Shown one piece after another: positions 1 through 13,602 of a stretch of DNA of 54,236 bases; positions within the stretch are counted from its first letter, which is position 1; every line of letters begins with the position of its first letter. The notes under the pieces were generated by a model. That model ran no database searches, had not been told where the DNA came from, and worked only from the letters and a program-made list of their open reading frames with translations. Position numbers and translations under genes: made by a program. The stretch is from Chiloscyllium plagiosum (Eukaryota), in contig NC_057756.1 of assembly GCF_004010195.1 (NCBI RefSeq), positions 37,553 to 91,788 of the forward strand, given 5' to 3'.

Positions 1-400
1 TGGTTTCAGAAGGATTGAATGGAGGGGCGGAATGAAAGGGATTGGGAAAGTGTTGCTGGATGTGGTAAGACGGAATGGGGGAGAGTTTGAGGAAGAGTAG
101 GTGTGAGGAGAGAGAATGAGTGGGGAAGGGGCAAACGAAAAGGGTGGTGAGGGAGAATGGGGGTTGTGAAGAGTCAGTGAGGGAGAATGGAGGTGGGTGA
201 AGGTGAAGAATGTAGGAACGGGATGGTAGAATGAGGAGACAGAATTATGGGAGAGGGCAGGAAGAATCGAGGGGAACGGAATGGGAAAGGTTAGTTGGAG
301 AGAGAGGTAATGATAGCAATAAATGAGCGATATAGGGTGAAAGAGTAGGAATGGGTTGGGGGACGGACGGAGCAACGGAGTGGTGATGGTGGAGGATAAT
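1..400. repeat. GA-rich low-complexity tract
   Basis: Very purine-rich + strand (gggaga/gaatgg-type words), no stable period. Confidence 0.75.
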
Positions 401-409
401 ATGAGGCGT

Positions 410-810
410 GGCATTTTGATAAGGCAAAGCAGGGCAGGAGTCATATAGTTAATGGTAGAGCCTTCAGGAATGTTGGCGAGCCAAGAGGTCAAAGGGCGCA
501 GGTGCATAATTCCTTGAAAGTGGAATTAGCAGGTCGACAGGGTAGTGAAGGCGTTTGATAACCTTCGCTTCATTGGTCAGTACATTGACTGACTGACTGA
601 CTGACTGACTGTTGGAGCTGAGAGGTCATGTTGGGCTGTACAGGATACTGGTGAGTTTGAGCCACAACTCTTCTACTCAATGCACTGATCAGTAAAGACA
701 AGTGTACTAAACGCCGCCTTCTCTACCATCTAAATGCAATTCTACTTTCAAGGAACTATGAGCCTGCATCCAAGGTCTCTGTCAGTGACACTTCTCAGGA
801 CCTTACCTAC
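410..810. mobile_element. Two short CR1 LINE ORF2 fragments (+ then -) with an internal (GACT)n microsatellite at 587-612
   Basis: Matches CR1 segments repeated elsewhere in the window (e.g. 26300-26520, 5180-5320). Confidence 0.7.
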
Positions 811-821
811 TAGGTGTATAA

Positions 822-953
822 TTCAGGAATCAAGAAGGGCTTATGCCCGAAACGTCGATTCTCCTGTTTCTTGGATGCTGTCTGACCTGCTGCGCTTTTC
901 CAGCAACACATTTTCAGCTCTGATCTCCAGCATCTGCAGACCTCACTTTCTAC
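822..953 (+). mobile_element. Penelope-derived short repeat with degenerate hammerhead motif
   Basis: AAGAAGGGCTTATGCCCGAAACGTCGATTCTCCTG...CCAGCATCTGCAG, near-identical to copies at 8800-8935, 17990-18082 and 22483-22688. Confidence 0.7.
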
Positions 954-2165
954 TCAAATAACTTGACCTCATGGCAGCTTTCCATGCAATTGTGGGAGGT
1001 ATGATACCTGCCCTTTTATTCTACTGGCCTGTCATTTGAATTATCTGATTTGCTCTGATGCTGACATCTCTGTCCTCAGCCTGCTGCACTGTTCCTGTGA
1101 TTAAATACTTCCAACTTTTGAAACTCAACTTTGAGTTCAAGACTTTCAGGCTACTATTTCTGACCAACGTTTTTGGTTATACTTTGACTGGAAAGTAGCC
1201 AATCTGTTTCAGACAGTTGGCACATCCTTTGTTTCTTTTCATTGGCATCACTATTGGTTTTGAGTCAAGAGGACTCGCACATCTATTGTTCAATCAATAA
1301 GACGTCCTTTAACAGACTCAAAACTGATTGTAGTTCTCTAATCTTTCTATATTCTGATGAAAAGATGCGGATCAGATCGCCAAATTATGTATTTTCGGGC
1401 GAGGGACCAGAATTTTTATTTTAAAGTAGACGAAGTGTGAGATCTGTGCTCTTGATAAGAGATTAAAACCACAAGGTTCCACAGCTTTGGACAAATGACA
1501 ATAAACTTTACAAAATTAAAGTAGTCATTAAATCTTACTGTCTGTATATACATCGTCCAGCATCCAGAATTAACCTGAAGTAAACCTGGGCAACTGACAA
1601 ACAATGGTCGAACTTCCCATGGCATGCATCAAAAAGTAAAGGAACTCAAACATATTTCTGTGGGCCATGAATTTTTTTTAAAAGTCAAAAAAGATTATGC
1701 TTCTTTCAACTACCTAGTCATGAAACCCCTCAAAAGTCACCCATGACTCATAGTCCCATGGTTACACTTACAGGAATAGTTCCCAACTCTTTTCAAATAG
1801 CTAGGTCCACCAAGTTGGTACTGTCACTGTGTTTGTCTCTCCTCTCATGTTCAGTTGGACAAAGCAACTGCTGCCTGTGGTTGTTCAATAACACATTCTG
1901 CTGCACTGAACGTTTAGTGGCTTCTGATTTTCAGAGTTCCCAGGACTGCTCTCACTGCACAGGCTGTTCAACTACCCTGGGAATACCATGGTTCAATTAG
2001 ATATAATTGTGCTCAGACTTAATAGCTTTTAGGACTTCCTGAGTCCCAACTACACTGAATTCATGTAGTTCAGTAGCTTTTGGCAGCACAGGTAATCACA
2101 GTCTACTCTTTTTCACATATCCTCACTTCCAGTCTCTCTACCTGTCACCTTTGAACTCTTCAGTT

Positions 2166-2670
2166 TGTGACAATACTATGGCTTTAAGAGGTGTGTTTTG
2201 TCCTGGGTTTTTTTTTCGAAGTGAGGTTCTGAACCATAGATGAGTTTTCTTGTCCAAGCCAGTAAAGAGCTCATGAGGCCTTGGGGTGTTCTTTTAATGT
2301 TGGAACAATGCAAGCAGTATGAATGGGTGGAAGTCAGGCTCCCACAGAACCAGGGTTTTAATTTAGCTTTCAGTAGTTTATTTTTGAAGCTAACTGCAGA
2401 AACTGTTACATCTCTCTCGACAATAGCAAAAAGCTGGAGTTCTCATTCTCTACCAAAGTTACTGTTGGTGTCCTTTTCTCTTGGAGTAGAGAAATATATG
2501 TGAGACAATCTGTTTTACTGAATTTGCTTTTGTCAAGGGTGTGTTTATGGGATGTTACTGTATTGGAACAGTTGCTGTTTAGTCGTTAAATAATATGTTA
2601 TTCTGTTAAGTTTTCTAATGGAGTTAAAGTTGTACAAACTCTTTAATTTGTTTGTATTTTAACTGTGGAG
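2166..2670 (+). mobile_element. Probable truncated LTR
   Basis: Begins TGTGAC; T-rich LTR-like composition; no CA end or TSD seen before the next CR1 fragment. Confidence 0.4.
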
Positions 2671-2679
2671 TTATCGTCA

Positions 2680-2985
2680 TGCTGCATGGACACAAACTCT
2701 TCTGTCCAGCTTGTTCACATTGACCAAACATCCCAATCTAGTGTCGTCCCCTTTTGCCTGCATTTGGCCCATATTTTGCTAAACCCTTCCTATGGATATA
2801 CCCATTCAAATGCCTTTTAAACATTGTAATTGTACCCACGTCCACCACTTCCTCTTGCAACTCGTTCCATATATGCACCACACGTTGTGTGAAATACTTA
2901 CCCCGTAGATCCTTTTTCAATCTTTCTCCTCACCTTAAACCTAAGTCCTCTAGTTTGGGGATTCCTCCACCCTAGAAAAAGACCA
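2680..2985 (-). mobile_element. CR1 LINE 3' end
   Basis: ORF 2738-2920 (FTQRVVHIWNEL...FKRHL) is the CR1 ORF2 C-terminus. Confidence 0.85.
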
Positions 2986-4590
2986 TAATGCAAGATATCT
3001 GACAATGGTCCTGCAAGACTACGTTAATAGTTTTCAATACATAAATGAAAGCTATTTCATTGTATTCAATGGAATGTGCATCCTGGATACCTCAATCTGA
3101 CTCTTTTAACAATTCTCTTCGTTCCATCTTCCATACTAGCCCTCAAGACTACCAGAAATTTTCACCACACCTTTAATCATCACCCCTTCTTTCTTGAGCC
3201 AAAAAACATAATAGTGACTTCAAACAGGCCAAGCATAAGGTGATCGTCAACAAAGCCAGGCTAGAAAGAATGAAATGGCATCAACACAGCTCTCATATGG
3301 CAACAAGTAGCGCGTCAGAAATCATGTTTCTTCACAGAAAAGCAGATACGCAGATAAGATCAGGCATGTTGCCATTCAAAAGTTGGCCAAATAAAGGCAG
3401 TAATTCTTTGCTATAACGTGCATACCATGTCAAATAACTCGATATTTGAAAATATAGCATTCACATAGCTCTAATACAGCAAATATTCCAGGAAAAATGT
3501 TTCAAGATTGAGTGTAGTGGCTAATCTACATTAGGGTTTGTCAAGACGAGTTAACACAATGACCCAGGCTTTGCAGTTTGCAAAGCAGTGGATTTTGTTA
3601 ACAGCTTAGAAGAAAGCTCTCCATTAGAATTAGATTTGCGTGCTCCAGACTTCGATTTTCCCATTAATTTTAAATCTGGCACTATCTCTCTCAACAATCA
3701 ATGATATGAACAAGGTCAACCATTTTGAATTATTCTTATCCATGCAGGACTCCTTTTGCATTGCATCAAGTTGAATTGTTTTAATTGACAGTTGGAAATG
3801 TAGGTGTTTTGAGCACATACACATATTGTGGTTCTCTGTCTTCATATCAGAAGTTAAGTTCATTAAAAGCAGCACGGTACACTGATTAACAGTTATTAAA
3901 TTAATTGAGGTATAGATCAGATAATGGAAATAGTTGAGGGAATAAGTGACAAGCTCCTGTTTTGTAATCTGACAATAGTTCACTATTTCCCACAATAGTT
4001 CACCATTTTCCACTCGCCTTACGCAAGCACACCAGTGTTATACATCCAGCTTTTAATACAGTTAGGGAATATTAAAATAATAGCACAGCCAAAATGAGAT
4101 AACTAATAACGCCTCCCTCCTCCTTCCCCCCTCCTCCTCCAATATCAAACTAGGCTCAGTTGAACACCCCACTCTTCCCCCCCTCACCAATTGCAATAGA
4201 AAGTGAGTGTGTTCAGGTATCTTTTCAGACTAACTCATGGCAGTTTTCACAGCACATATTTCAAGCTCTTAAATAAAAGCAGAAATTATTGGAAACGCTC
4301 AGCAGTTCTAGCAACATCTAAGGAGAGAAATAAGTGTTTGGTTCCAATATCAAACTAGGCTCAGTTGAAGACAATTTCTGCATGATCAGAAAATTAAGAT
4401 TAATTATTATAAATAATTAAGGCATGCACATTTCTCCCCTGCCTCATGGGATATGGGTGTCATTAGCAATGCCAACATTTATTAACATTCTTAACAGCAT
4501 ATGAACAGAGATCCTTGGAAGTTAATTCAGAAGGTTGTTAAGAGACAGTGCCGTGGATCTGGAGTCACATATGGGCCAGACCTGATGAAG

Positions 4591-6063
4591 ATAGAATCAT
4601 AGAGATGTACTGCATGGAAACAGACCCTTCGGTCCAACTCGTCCAGGCCGACCAGATATCCCAACCCAATCGAGTCCCACCTGCCAGCACCCGGCCCATA
4701 TCCCTCCAAAGCCTTCCTATTCATCCACCCATCCAAATGCCTCTTAAATGTTGCAATTGTACCAGCCTCCACCATTTCCTCTGGCAGCTCATTCCATACC
4801 CATACCACCCTCTGTGTGAAAAAGTTGCCCCTTAGGTCTCTTTTATATCTTTCCCCTCACCCTAAACCTATGCCCTCTAGTTTTGTACTCCCTGACCCCA
4901 AGGAAAAAGACTTTGTCGATTTACCCTATCCATGCCCCTCATGATTTTATAAGCCTCTATAAGGTCACCCCTCAGCCTCCAACACTCCAGGGAAAACAGC
5001 TCCAACCTGTTCAGCCTCTCCCTGTAGCTCAGATCCTCCAACCCTGGCAACATCCTTGTAAATCTTTTCTGAACCCTTTCAAGTTTCACAACATCTTTCC
5101 GATAGGAAGGAGACCAGAATTGCACACAATATTCCAATAGTGGCCGAACCAATGTCCTGTACAGCTGCATCATGACCTCCAACTTCTGTGCTCAATACTC
5201 TGACCAATAAAGGAAAACATACCAAACGCCTTCTTCACTATCCTATCTACCTGCAACTCCACTTTCAAGGAGCTATGAACCTGTACTCCAAGGTCTCTTT
5301 GTTCAGCAACACTCCCTCGGACCTTACCGTTAAGTGTATAAGTCCTGCTAAGATTTGCTTTCCCAAACTGCAGCACCTCACATTTATCTGAAATAAACTC
5401 CATCTGCCACTTCTCAGCCCATTGGCCCATCTGGTCATGATCCTGTTGTAATCTGAGGTAACCCTCTTCGCTGTCCACTGCACCTCCAATTTTGGTGTCA
5501 TCTGCAAACTTACTAACTGTACCTCTTATGCTCGCAACCAAATCATTTATGTAAATGACAAGAAGTAGAGGACCCAGCACTGATCCTTGTGGCACTCCAC
5601 TGGTCACACGCCTCCAGTCTGAAAAGCAGCCCTTCATCACCACCCTCTGTCTTCTATCTTTGAGCCAGTTCTGTATCCAAATGGCTAGTTCTCCCTGTAT
5701 TCCATGAGATCTAATCTTGCTAATCAGTCTCCCATGGGGAAGCTTGTCGAACGCCTTACTGAAGTCCATATAGATCACATCTACTGCTCTGCCCTCATCA
5801 ATCCTCTTTGTTACTTCTTCAAAAAACTCAATCAAGTTTGTGAGACATGATTTCCCACGCACAAAGCCATGTTGACTATCCTGAATTAGTCCTTGCCTTT
5901 CCAAACACATGTACATCCTGTCCCTCAGGATTCCCTCCAACAACTTGCCCATCACTGACGTCAGGCTCGCTGGTCGATAATTCCCTGACTTGTCCTTAAC
6001 ACCCTTCTTAAACAGTGGCACCACATTTGCCAACCTCCAGTCTTCGGGCGCTTCAACTGTGAC
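4591..6063 (-). mobile_element. 5'-truncated CR1 (HER1-like) LINE with reverse transcriptase domain
   Basis: ORF 5170-6033 has YRPASLTS, QHGFV, DFSKAFD, GVPQGSVLGP, FADD; ORF 4877-5182 continues ORF2; CTATGATTCT tail. Confidence 0.95.
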
Positions 6064-6739
6064 TAGATTGTTTTTTGATTTGATTTGATTATTGTTGTCA
6101 CACGTACCTCAATGCAGTGAAAAGTTTTTCACTTGGAATACAGGTCATAACATACAAGGACATAAAAATTACAGTGTGATTAAACAGAGCGAGGTGTCCA
6201 ACGTTATGGCTGCACAGGAGGTGCAACATCAACATTAAATTTGACATTTGAGAGGTCCACTCAGCAGTCTGCAACAATTACACTTGTTGTGGGTCATCGT
6301 CATTGAATCTAGCTTTAATTCGAGATTTATAGATCAAATTTAGACTTCTCATTGTGGTATAATCTGAACACATGTTCCTAAAAGCATTAGCTGGGATCGC
6401 TGAATACTCGCCCAGCGACCTTGCTACATTCACCATCGCTGGAGATTTACTTTCATCAATGTCATGACAGAAACCGCAGATATGCAGTGTATCCTTATAA
6501 CGCGTTCAATTATTCCATCAGAGCAATCCTGATAGGTCTCACCTTTGTACTGACAGCCGCTCAAACTGCAGACATATTGACAGTTAAACTTTAACTCGAA
6601 CTGTGGCACGAAGTAAAGAGCGATTAGAAGCCACTGTAAAACTTGAAAACCAAGTTTTAGTCAATGCTAACCTCAAATGATGACTATGCTTTGATCCTAC
6701 AATTCCCCGCCCCCAAAGCCAGTTCTTCAGGATTGTTTT

Positions 6740-7390
6740 AATGTGTAATTGTCAGTCTCCATGAGTTCCTCTGGCAGCTCATTTACATACATGCACCACC
6801 CTCTTCATGAAAAAGTTGCCCCTCAGGTCCTTTTTAAATGTCTCCCCTCTCACCTTAAATCTATGCCTTCTAGTTTTGGATTCCCCCACCCCAGGGAAAA
6901 GACCTTGTCAAGATGTCCAGCACCACCTTGTCAAGATGTCACTGTTTATTTCCCTACATTCTATATCTTCCATAGTCTTCTTCACTGTCAGCATTTGGCC
7001 CATATCCCTCTAAACCCTTCCTGTTTGTGTACCCATTCAGATGTCTTTTAAAAGTTGTAATTGTACATGCCTCCACCACTTCATCTGGTAACTCATTCCA
7101 TACATGGACCAGCTACCTGTCACGTCCCTTTCAAATCTTGCCCCTCCCACCTTAAATCTATGCCCTCTAGATTTGGAATCCCCTACCCTGGGGAAAAGAC
7201 TTGACTATTCACCCTATCCATGCCCCCTCTGGATTTGATAAACTTCAAAAAGTTGATAACTTCGTAGGAGGCGAACAGATCACCCCTCAAACTCCAAAGC
7301 TCCAGTCTATTCAGCCTCTCCCTCCACCTCAAACCCACCAACCTGGCACATCCTTATAAGTCTTTTCTGAACCCTTTTCAGTTTCACAAT
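6740..7390 (-). mobile_element. CR1 3' fragments (two overlapping pieces)
   Basis: Similar to 4680-5090; 16-bp duplication ACCTTGTCAAGATGTC at the junction near 6902-6940. Confidence 0.8.
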
Positions 7391-8517
7391 ATGAGGGTAA
7401 GAACAGGATGCACAGGATGATATGGCAGATGGCTAAAGGATTGGTGCAGGGGACAGGGATTCAAAATTTTAGATCATTAGGATCTTTTCTGGGACAGAGG
7501 TGACTTGTTAAAGAGGGATATGTTGCACCTGAACTGAACCAATTGCTTGGCGGCCGTATTTGCTCGTGTTGCAAAGGAGGTTTGAAACTAGATTGGCAGG
7601 GAGATAGGATGCTCAACAGCAGGGAGGCAAATGCAAGGCTCGAAGGAGATACAGTAATCAAAAAAAGTAAGTCAAAGAGATAGGTCAGGCTGGAACAAGA
7701 CAGGGAGCAGGGACTGCCTGTTGGATTAAATTGCATTTATTTCAATGCATGAGGGCTGATAGGTAGGGGCAATGAATGCAGGGTGTGAATAGGCACGTGG
7801 TACTGGGGTATTATAGCTATTACAGATACATGGCTAAGAGAGGGGAAGGACTAGCAGCTTAATGTGCCAAGGTACAGATGTTTTTGGCAGGACCGACGTG
7901 ATGGAAGGAGGGGAAGGAGAGTTTCATTTTTTGATTAAGGCGAGTATCACCTTAGCCGTAGTCAGAGAAGAAATAACTAAAGGATTTTCCGGTGAGGCTT
8001 TGTGGATGGAACAAAGGAATAAAAAGGGTGGTGGTGACATTCTCGGGGTTGTACTAGAGGCCCCCAAATAGTCAATGGGAATTAGAGGAACAAATATGCA
8101 GGGAGACTGTGGAGACTTGCAGGAGCAATAGGGTTGTTATAGTAGGAGATTTTAATTTTCCTAACATAGACTGGGACTGTCAGAATGTTATGGGTTAGAT
8201 GGGGTGGAATTTGTTAAGTGCATTCAGGAAAGTTATATAGAGTATATAAGCAGTATATAGAGGGTCCTATTCAGGTAAGGAGCAAAACTTGACCTACTCT
8301 TGGGAAATAGGACAGGACAGATGATGGATGACACAGTGGGGGAGCACTTTGGAACCAGTGACCATAGTTCTATTAATTTTAAAATAGTTATGGAGTTGGA
8401 CAAAACTGGTCCACAGGTTCAAGGTCTAAATTAGGGCAAGGTGTATTTTGATGGAATTAGACAGGAGCTTGCAGGAGTTAATTGGAGTAGTTTGTTTTTG
8501 GGCAAAGGGATCTCCCG
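7390..8517 (+). mobile_element. CR1 fragment: end of ORF1 and AP-endonuclease region of ORF2
   Basis: TGCATTTATTTCAATGC (CIYFNA) start of ORF2 and GDFNFPNIDW motif, with stops and frameshifts. Confidence 0.85.
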
Positions 8518-11256
8518 ATCATTGGAATCTCTTTTGGGGTAGAAGTGACCTGTACAAGAAGGGGACTAATATACTGGCAGGGAAATTTGATAGAACTGCT
8601 TGGGAGGATTTAAACGAGTAAGGTGGGGGGGTAGGACCCAGAGAGATAGAGAGGAAAGAGATCGATCTGAGACGGGTACAGCTGAGAACAGAAGTGAAAC
8701 AAACAGTCAGGGCGGGCAGGCAGGGACAAGGTAGGACGAATAAATTAAACTGCATTTATTTCAATGCAAGGGGCCTAACAGGGAAGGCAAATGAACTCAG
8801 GAGAAAGTGAGGACTGCAGATGCTGGAGATCAGAGCTGAAAATATGTTGCTGGAAAAGTGCAGCAGGTCAGGCAGCATCCAAGGAGCAGGAGAATCGACG
8901 TTTCGGGCATGAGCCCTTCTTCAGGAATCCTGAAGACTGGCAGGACTGGCAGCTTAATGTTCCAGGATACAAATGCTACAGGAAGGATAGAAAGGGAGGC
9001 AAAAGAGGTGGGGGAGTGACATTTTTGATAAGGGATAGCATGACAGCTGTGCTGAGGGAGGATATTCCCGGAAATACATCCAGGGAAGTTATCTGGGTGA
9101 AACTGAGAAATAAGAAAGGGATGATCACCTTATTGGGATTGTATTATGGATCCCCCCAATAGTCAGAGGGAAATTGAGAAACAAACTTGTAAGGAGATCT
9201 CAGCTATCTGTAAGAATAATAGGGTGGTTATGGTAGGGAATTTTAACTTTCCAAACATCGACTGGGACTGCCTTAGTGTGTAAGGTTTAGATGGAGAGGA
9301 ATTTCTTAAGTGTGTACAAGACAATTCTTTGATTCAGTATGTGGATGTAACTACCAGAGAAGGTGCAAAACTTCACCTAATCTTGGGAAATAAGGCAGGG
9401 CAGGTGACTGAGGTGTCAGTGGGGGAGCACTTTGGGGCCATCGACCATAATTCTATTAGTTTTAAAATAGTGATGGAAAGGGATAGACCAGATCTAAAAG
9501 TTGAAGTTCTAAATTGAAGAAAGGCCAATTTTGACAGTATTAAGCAAGAACCTTTGAAAGCTGATTGGAGGCAGATGTTCGCAGGTAAAGGGACGGCTGG
9601 AAAATGGGAAGCCTTCAGAAATGCGATAACAAGAAACCAGAGAAAGTATATTCCTGTCAGGGTGAAAGGGAAGACTGGTAGGTATCAGGAATGCTGGATG
9701 ACTAAAGAAATTGAGGGTTTGGTTAAGAAAAAGAAGGAAGCATATGTCAGGTATAGACAGGATAGATCGAGTAAATCCTTAGAAGAGTATAAAGGCAGTA
9801 GGAGTATACTTAAGAGGGAAATCAGGAGGACAAAAAGGGGACATGAGATAGCTTTGGCAAATAGAATTAAGGAGAATCCAAAGGGTCTTTACAAATATAT
9901 TAAGGACAAAAGGATAACAGGGGAGAGAATAGGGCGCCTCAAAGATCAGCAAGGCAGCCTTTCTGTGGAGCCACAGAAAATGGGGGAGATACTAAGTGAA
10001 TATATTGCATCAGTATTTACTGTGGAAAAGGCTATGGAAGGTATAGACTGTAGGGCGATAGATGGTGACGTCTTGCGAAATGTCCAGATTACAGAGGAGG
10101 AAGTGCTGGATGTCTTGAAACGGTTAAAGGTGAATAAACCCCCAGGACCTGATCAGGTCTATGTGGGAGAACTATGTGGAAAGCGAGAGAAGTGATTGCT
10201 GGGCCTCTTGCTGAGATATTTGTATCATCGATAGTCACAGGTGAGGTGCCGGAAGACTGGAGGTTGGCAAACGTGGTGCCACTGTTTAAGAAGGGCGGTA
10301 ANNNNNNNNNNNNNNNNNNNNNNNNNNNNNNNNNNNNNNNNNNNNNNNNNNNNNNNNNNNNNNNNNNNNNNNNNNNNNNNNNNNNNNNNNNNNNNNNNNN
10401 NNNNNNNNNNNNNNNNNNNNNNNNNNNNNNNNNNNNNNNNNNNNNNNNNNNNNNNNNNNNNNNNNNNNNNNNNNNNNNNNNNNNNNNNNNNNNNNNNNNN
10501 NNNNNNNNNNNNNNNNNNNNNNNNNNNNNNNNNNNNNNNNNNNNNNNNNNNNNNNNNNNNNNNNNNNNNNNNNNNNNNNNNNNNNNNNNNNNNNNNNNNN
10601 NNNNNNNNNNNNNNNNNNNNNNNNNNNNNNNNNNNNNNNNNNNNNNNNNNNNNNNNNNNNNNNNNNNNNNNNNNNNNNNNNNNNNNNNNNNNNNNNNNNN
10701 NNNNNNNNNNNNNNNNNNNNNNNNNNNNNNNNNNNNNNNNNNNNNNNNNNNNNNNNNNNNNNNNNNNNNNNNNNNNNNNNNNNNNNNNNNNNNNNNNNNN
10801 NNNNNNNNNNNNNNNNNNNNNNNNNNNNNNNNNNNNNNNNNNNNNNNNNNNNNNNNNNNNNNNNNNGGAGGCTGAGGGGTGACCTTATAGAGGTTTACAA
10901 AATTATGAGGGGCATGGATAGGATAAATAGACAAAAGTCTTTTCTCTGGTGTCAGGGAATCCAGAACTAAAGGGCATAGGTTTAAGGTGAGATGGGAAAG
11001 ACATAAAAGAAACCTAAGGGGCAACTTTTTCACACAGAGGGTGGTACGTGTATGGAATGAGCTGTCAGAGGATGTGGTGGAGGCTGGTACAATTGCAACA
11101 TTTAAAAGGCATTTGGATGGGTATATGAATAGGAAGGGTTTGGAGGGATATGGGCCGGGTACTGGCAGGTGGGACTAGATTGGGTTGAGATATCTGGTCG
11201 GCATGGACTGGTTGGCCGAAGGGTCTGTTTCCATGCTGTACATCTCTATGACTCTA
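8518..11256 (+). mobile_element. Long CR1 LINE (ORF1 end, endonuclease, RT across N gap, intact 3' tail)
   Basis: ORFs 8791-9162, 9329-9517, 9554-10195 and 10987-11178 are collinear CR1 ORF2 pieces; ends CTCTATGACTCTA. Confidence 0.93.
8800..8935 (-). mobile_element. Penelope-derived short repeat inserted in CR1, with best-preserved hammerhead motif
   Basis: Minus strand 8929-8892 reads GATTC CTGAAGA A GGGC TCAT GCCC GAAA C GTC GATTC. Confidence 0.75.
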
Positions 11257-12144
11257 GAAGTCCTTTAGGAGTGAAATAGCTCGAGTTGAAGGTCTGTGTA
11301 TTCCTGTGAGGGTGAAGGGCAAGGTTGGCAGAAATAGGGATCCCTGGATGACAAGAGATATTGAGGCTTTGACGAGAGAAAAAGAGGAGGCATGGCTCAG
11401 GTCCAGGTAGCTGGGATCAAGGGAATCTCTGGAGGTATACAGGGAATACAAGAGTTTACTGAAGAAAGAAATTAGGAAGGCGAAAGGGGGCATGCTGAGG
11501 GTGATTCTAAAGAGGTGTTTTAATTATATTAAAAGAAAAAGAATAACTGGAGAGAAAATAGGCCCCTCAAGGACCAAACTGGATATGTACGTGCAGAACC
11601 GTAGGAGATGGGCAAGGTTCTCAGTCAATATTTCTCCTCTGTGTTTACTCTGGAGAAAGACATGAAAACTTGGGATCTTGGGGAATTTCGTGGTGATATC
11701 TTGGGGACAGTCCACATCACAGCAAAGGAGGTATTGGATGTATTAGAATGTATGAAGGTGGATAAATTTCCTGGTCCTGACCAGATAGATCCAAGAACAC
11801 TGTAAGAGGCGAAGGAGGAGGTGATATTTTTACCTCATTGTTTGCCATGGGTGAGGTCCTGGAAGACTGGTGAGTGGTGAGTGTTGTGTTATTATTCAAG
11901 AAGGACTGCAAAGCAAAACCTGGGGACTAAAGATCAGTAAGCTGAGCATCAGTGGTGGATAAGTTACTTGAGAAGATTCTGAGGGATAAGATATACATGT
12001 ATTTGGAAAGACAGGGTTTAATTAGTAGTAGTCAGCTTGGCTTTGTGAGTGGGAGATCATGCCTCACAAATTTGTTCGAGTTCTTGGATGAAGTGACCAA
12101 GAAGGTTGACGAGGACAGGATAGTAGACGTAATCTACATGCAGT

Positions 12145-12740
12145 TCATAGAACATTGCAGTGCAGTACAGGCTCTTCGGCCTTGATGTTGTGCCAACCTA
12201 TGGAACCAATCTGAAGCCGATCTATTCCACACCATTCCATTTTCATCCATATGTTTAATCAATGACCATTTAAATGCCCTTAAAGTTGGTGAATCTACTA
12301 CTGTTGCAGGTAGGGCATTCTATGCTCCTGCTACTCTCTGATTCAAGAAAACACCTCTGACGTCTGTCCTATACCTATTACCCCTCAATTTAAAGCTATG
12401 TCCCCATGTGCTACCCATTACCATCCGAGGAAAAAGGATCTCACTGTCCACCCTGTCTAACCCTCCAATTATCTTATATGTCTCAATTAAGTCACCTCTC
12501 AAACTTGTTCTCTCTAATGAAAATAGCCTCAAGTCCCTCAGCCTATCTTCATAAGACCTTCTCTCCACAACAGACAACATCCGAGTAAATCATCTCTGAG
12601 CCCTTTCCAAAGCTTCCACATCCTTCCAGACCTGTACGCATTACACCAAGTGCGGCCACACCAGAGTTTTGTAAAGCTGCAACATGACCTTGTGGATCCA
12701 AAACTCAATCCCTCTACCAATAAAAGCTAACACACCACAT
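12145..12740 (-). mobile_element. CR1 3' end nested in the opposite orientation
   Basis: ORF 12320-12580 (LRGDLIETYKI...NQRV); same subfamily as 16103-16600 and 35886-36600. Confidence 0.88.
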
Positions 12741-13602
12741 GTCTGTAAGGCCTTTGACATGGTAGGCTGCTCTGGAATGTTAGATTGGAGGGAATCCAAG
12801 GTGAGCTTTCAAATTGGAGATGAAATTGGCTTGTTGGTAGGAAGCACGGGTAGTAGTGGAAGAATGCTTGGTGGACTGGAGGCCTGTGACTTGTGGAGTG
12901 CCTCAGGGGTCTGTACTGGGCCCATTACTCTTTGTCATCCAAATCATTGATATAGATTACAATGTACAAGGCATGATTAGTAAGTTTGCTGATGACACTA
13001 AAATAGCCGGTATCATGGACAGTGAGGAAGGTTCTCAGAAATTGTAGCATGGAGAAGTGGGCTGAGAAATAGCAAATGGTGTTTAATATAGATAAGTATG
13101 AGGTCCCTTGTTTTGGAAAGTCAAATCAAGGTAGGAGTTTTGCCTTGAATGGTAGAGCCTTAAGGAATGTAGTGGAACAGGTTCACAGTTCTCTGAAAGT
13201 GGAGTCCCAGGTAGACAGGGCAGTGAAGGCAGCTTTTGGCACACTGGCCTTCATCAGTCAGGGCAGTGAGTATAGAAGTTGTAAAGGTCTGTTGCAGTTA
13301 AACAGAACATTGGATAGGCGACACACGGAGTATTGTGTTCAGTTTTGGTTGCCTTGTTATGGGAAGGATGTTATTAAACTGGAAGGAGTGCAGAAGGAGT
13401 TTACGAGGATGTTGCCTGGACTCAACGGTCTGAGTTGTGGGGAGAGATTGGACAAGCGAGGATGTTTTCCTTTCGAGTGGAGGAGACTGAGGGGGGACCT
13501 GAAGGAGGGGTATGAAATTATGAGGGGCACAGATAGGCTGAATGCATTCAGTCTTTTTCCCAAGGTTGGAGAATCGAGGACTAAAGGGCATCGGTTTAAG
13601 GT

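Noticed and set aside
5170..6033. Reverse transcriptase as a retron, DGR or domesticated gene
   Set aside because: Ordinary 5'-truncated CR1 ORF2 with a frameshift and a standard CR1 tail.
6677..6780. C/D snoRNA suggested by ATGATGA
   Set aside because: No CTGA D box or terminal stem at a suitable distance; the downstream sequence is CR1.
10089..11033. Long ORFs of 213-314 aa
   Set aside because: Open only because they cross an N gap.
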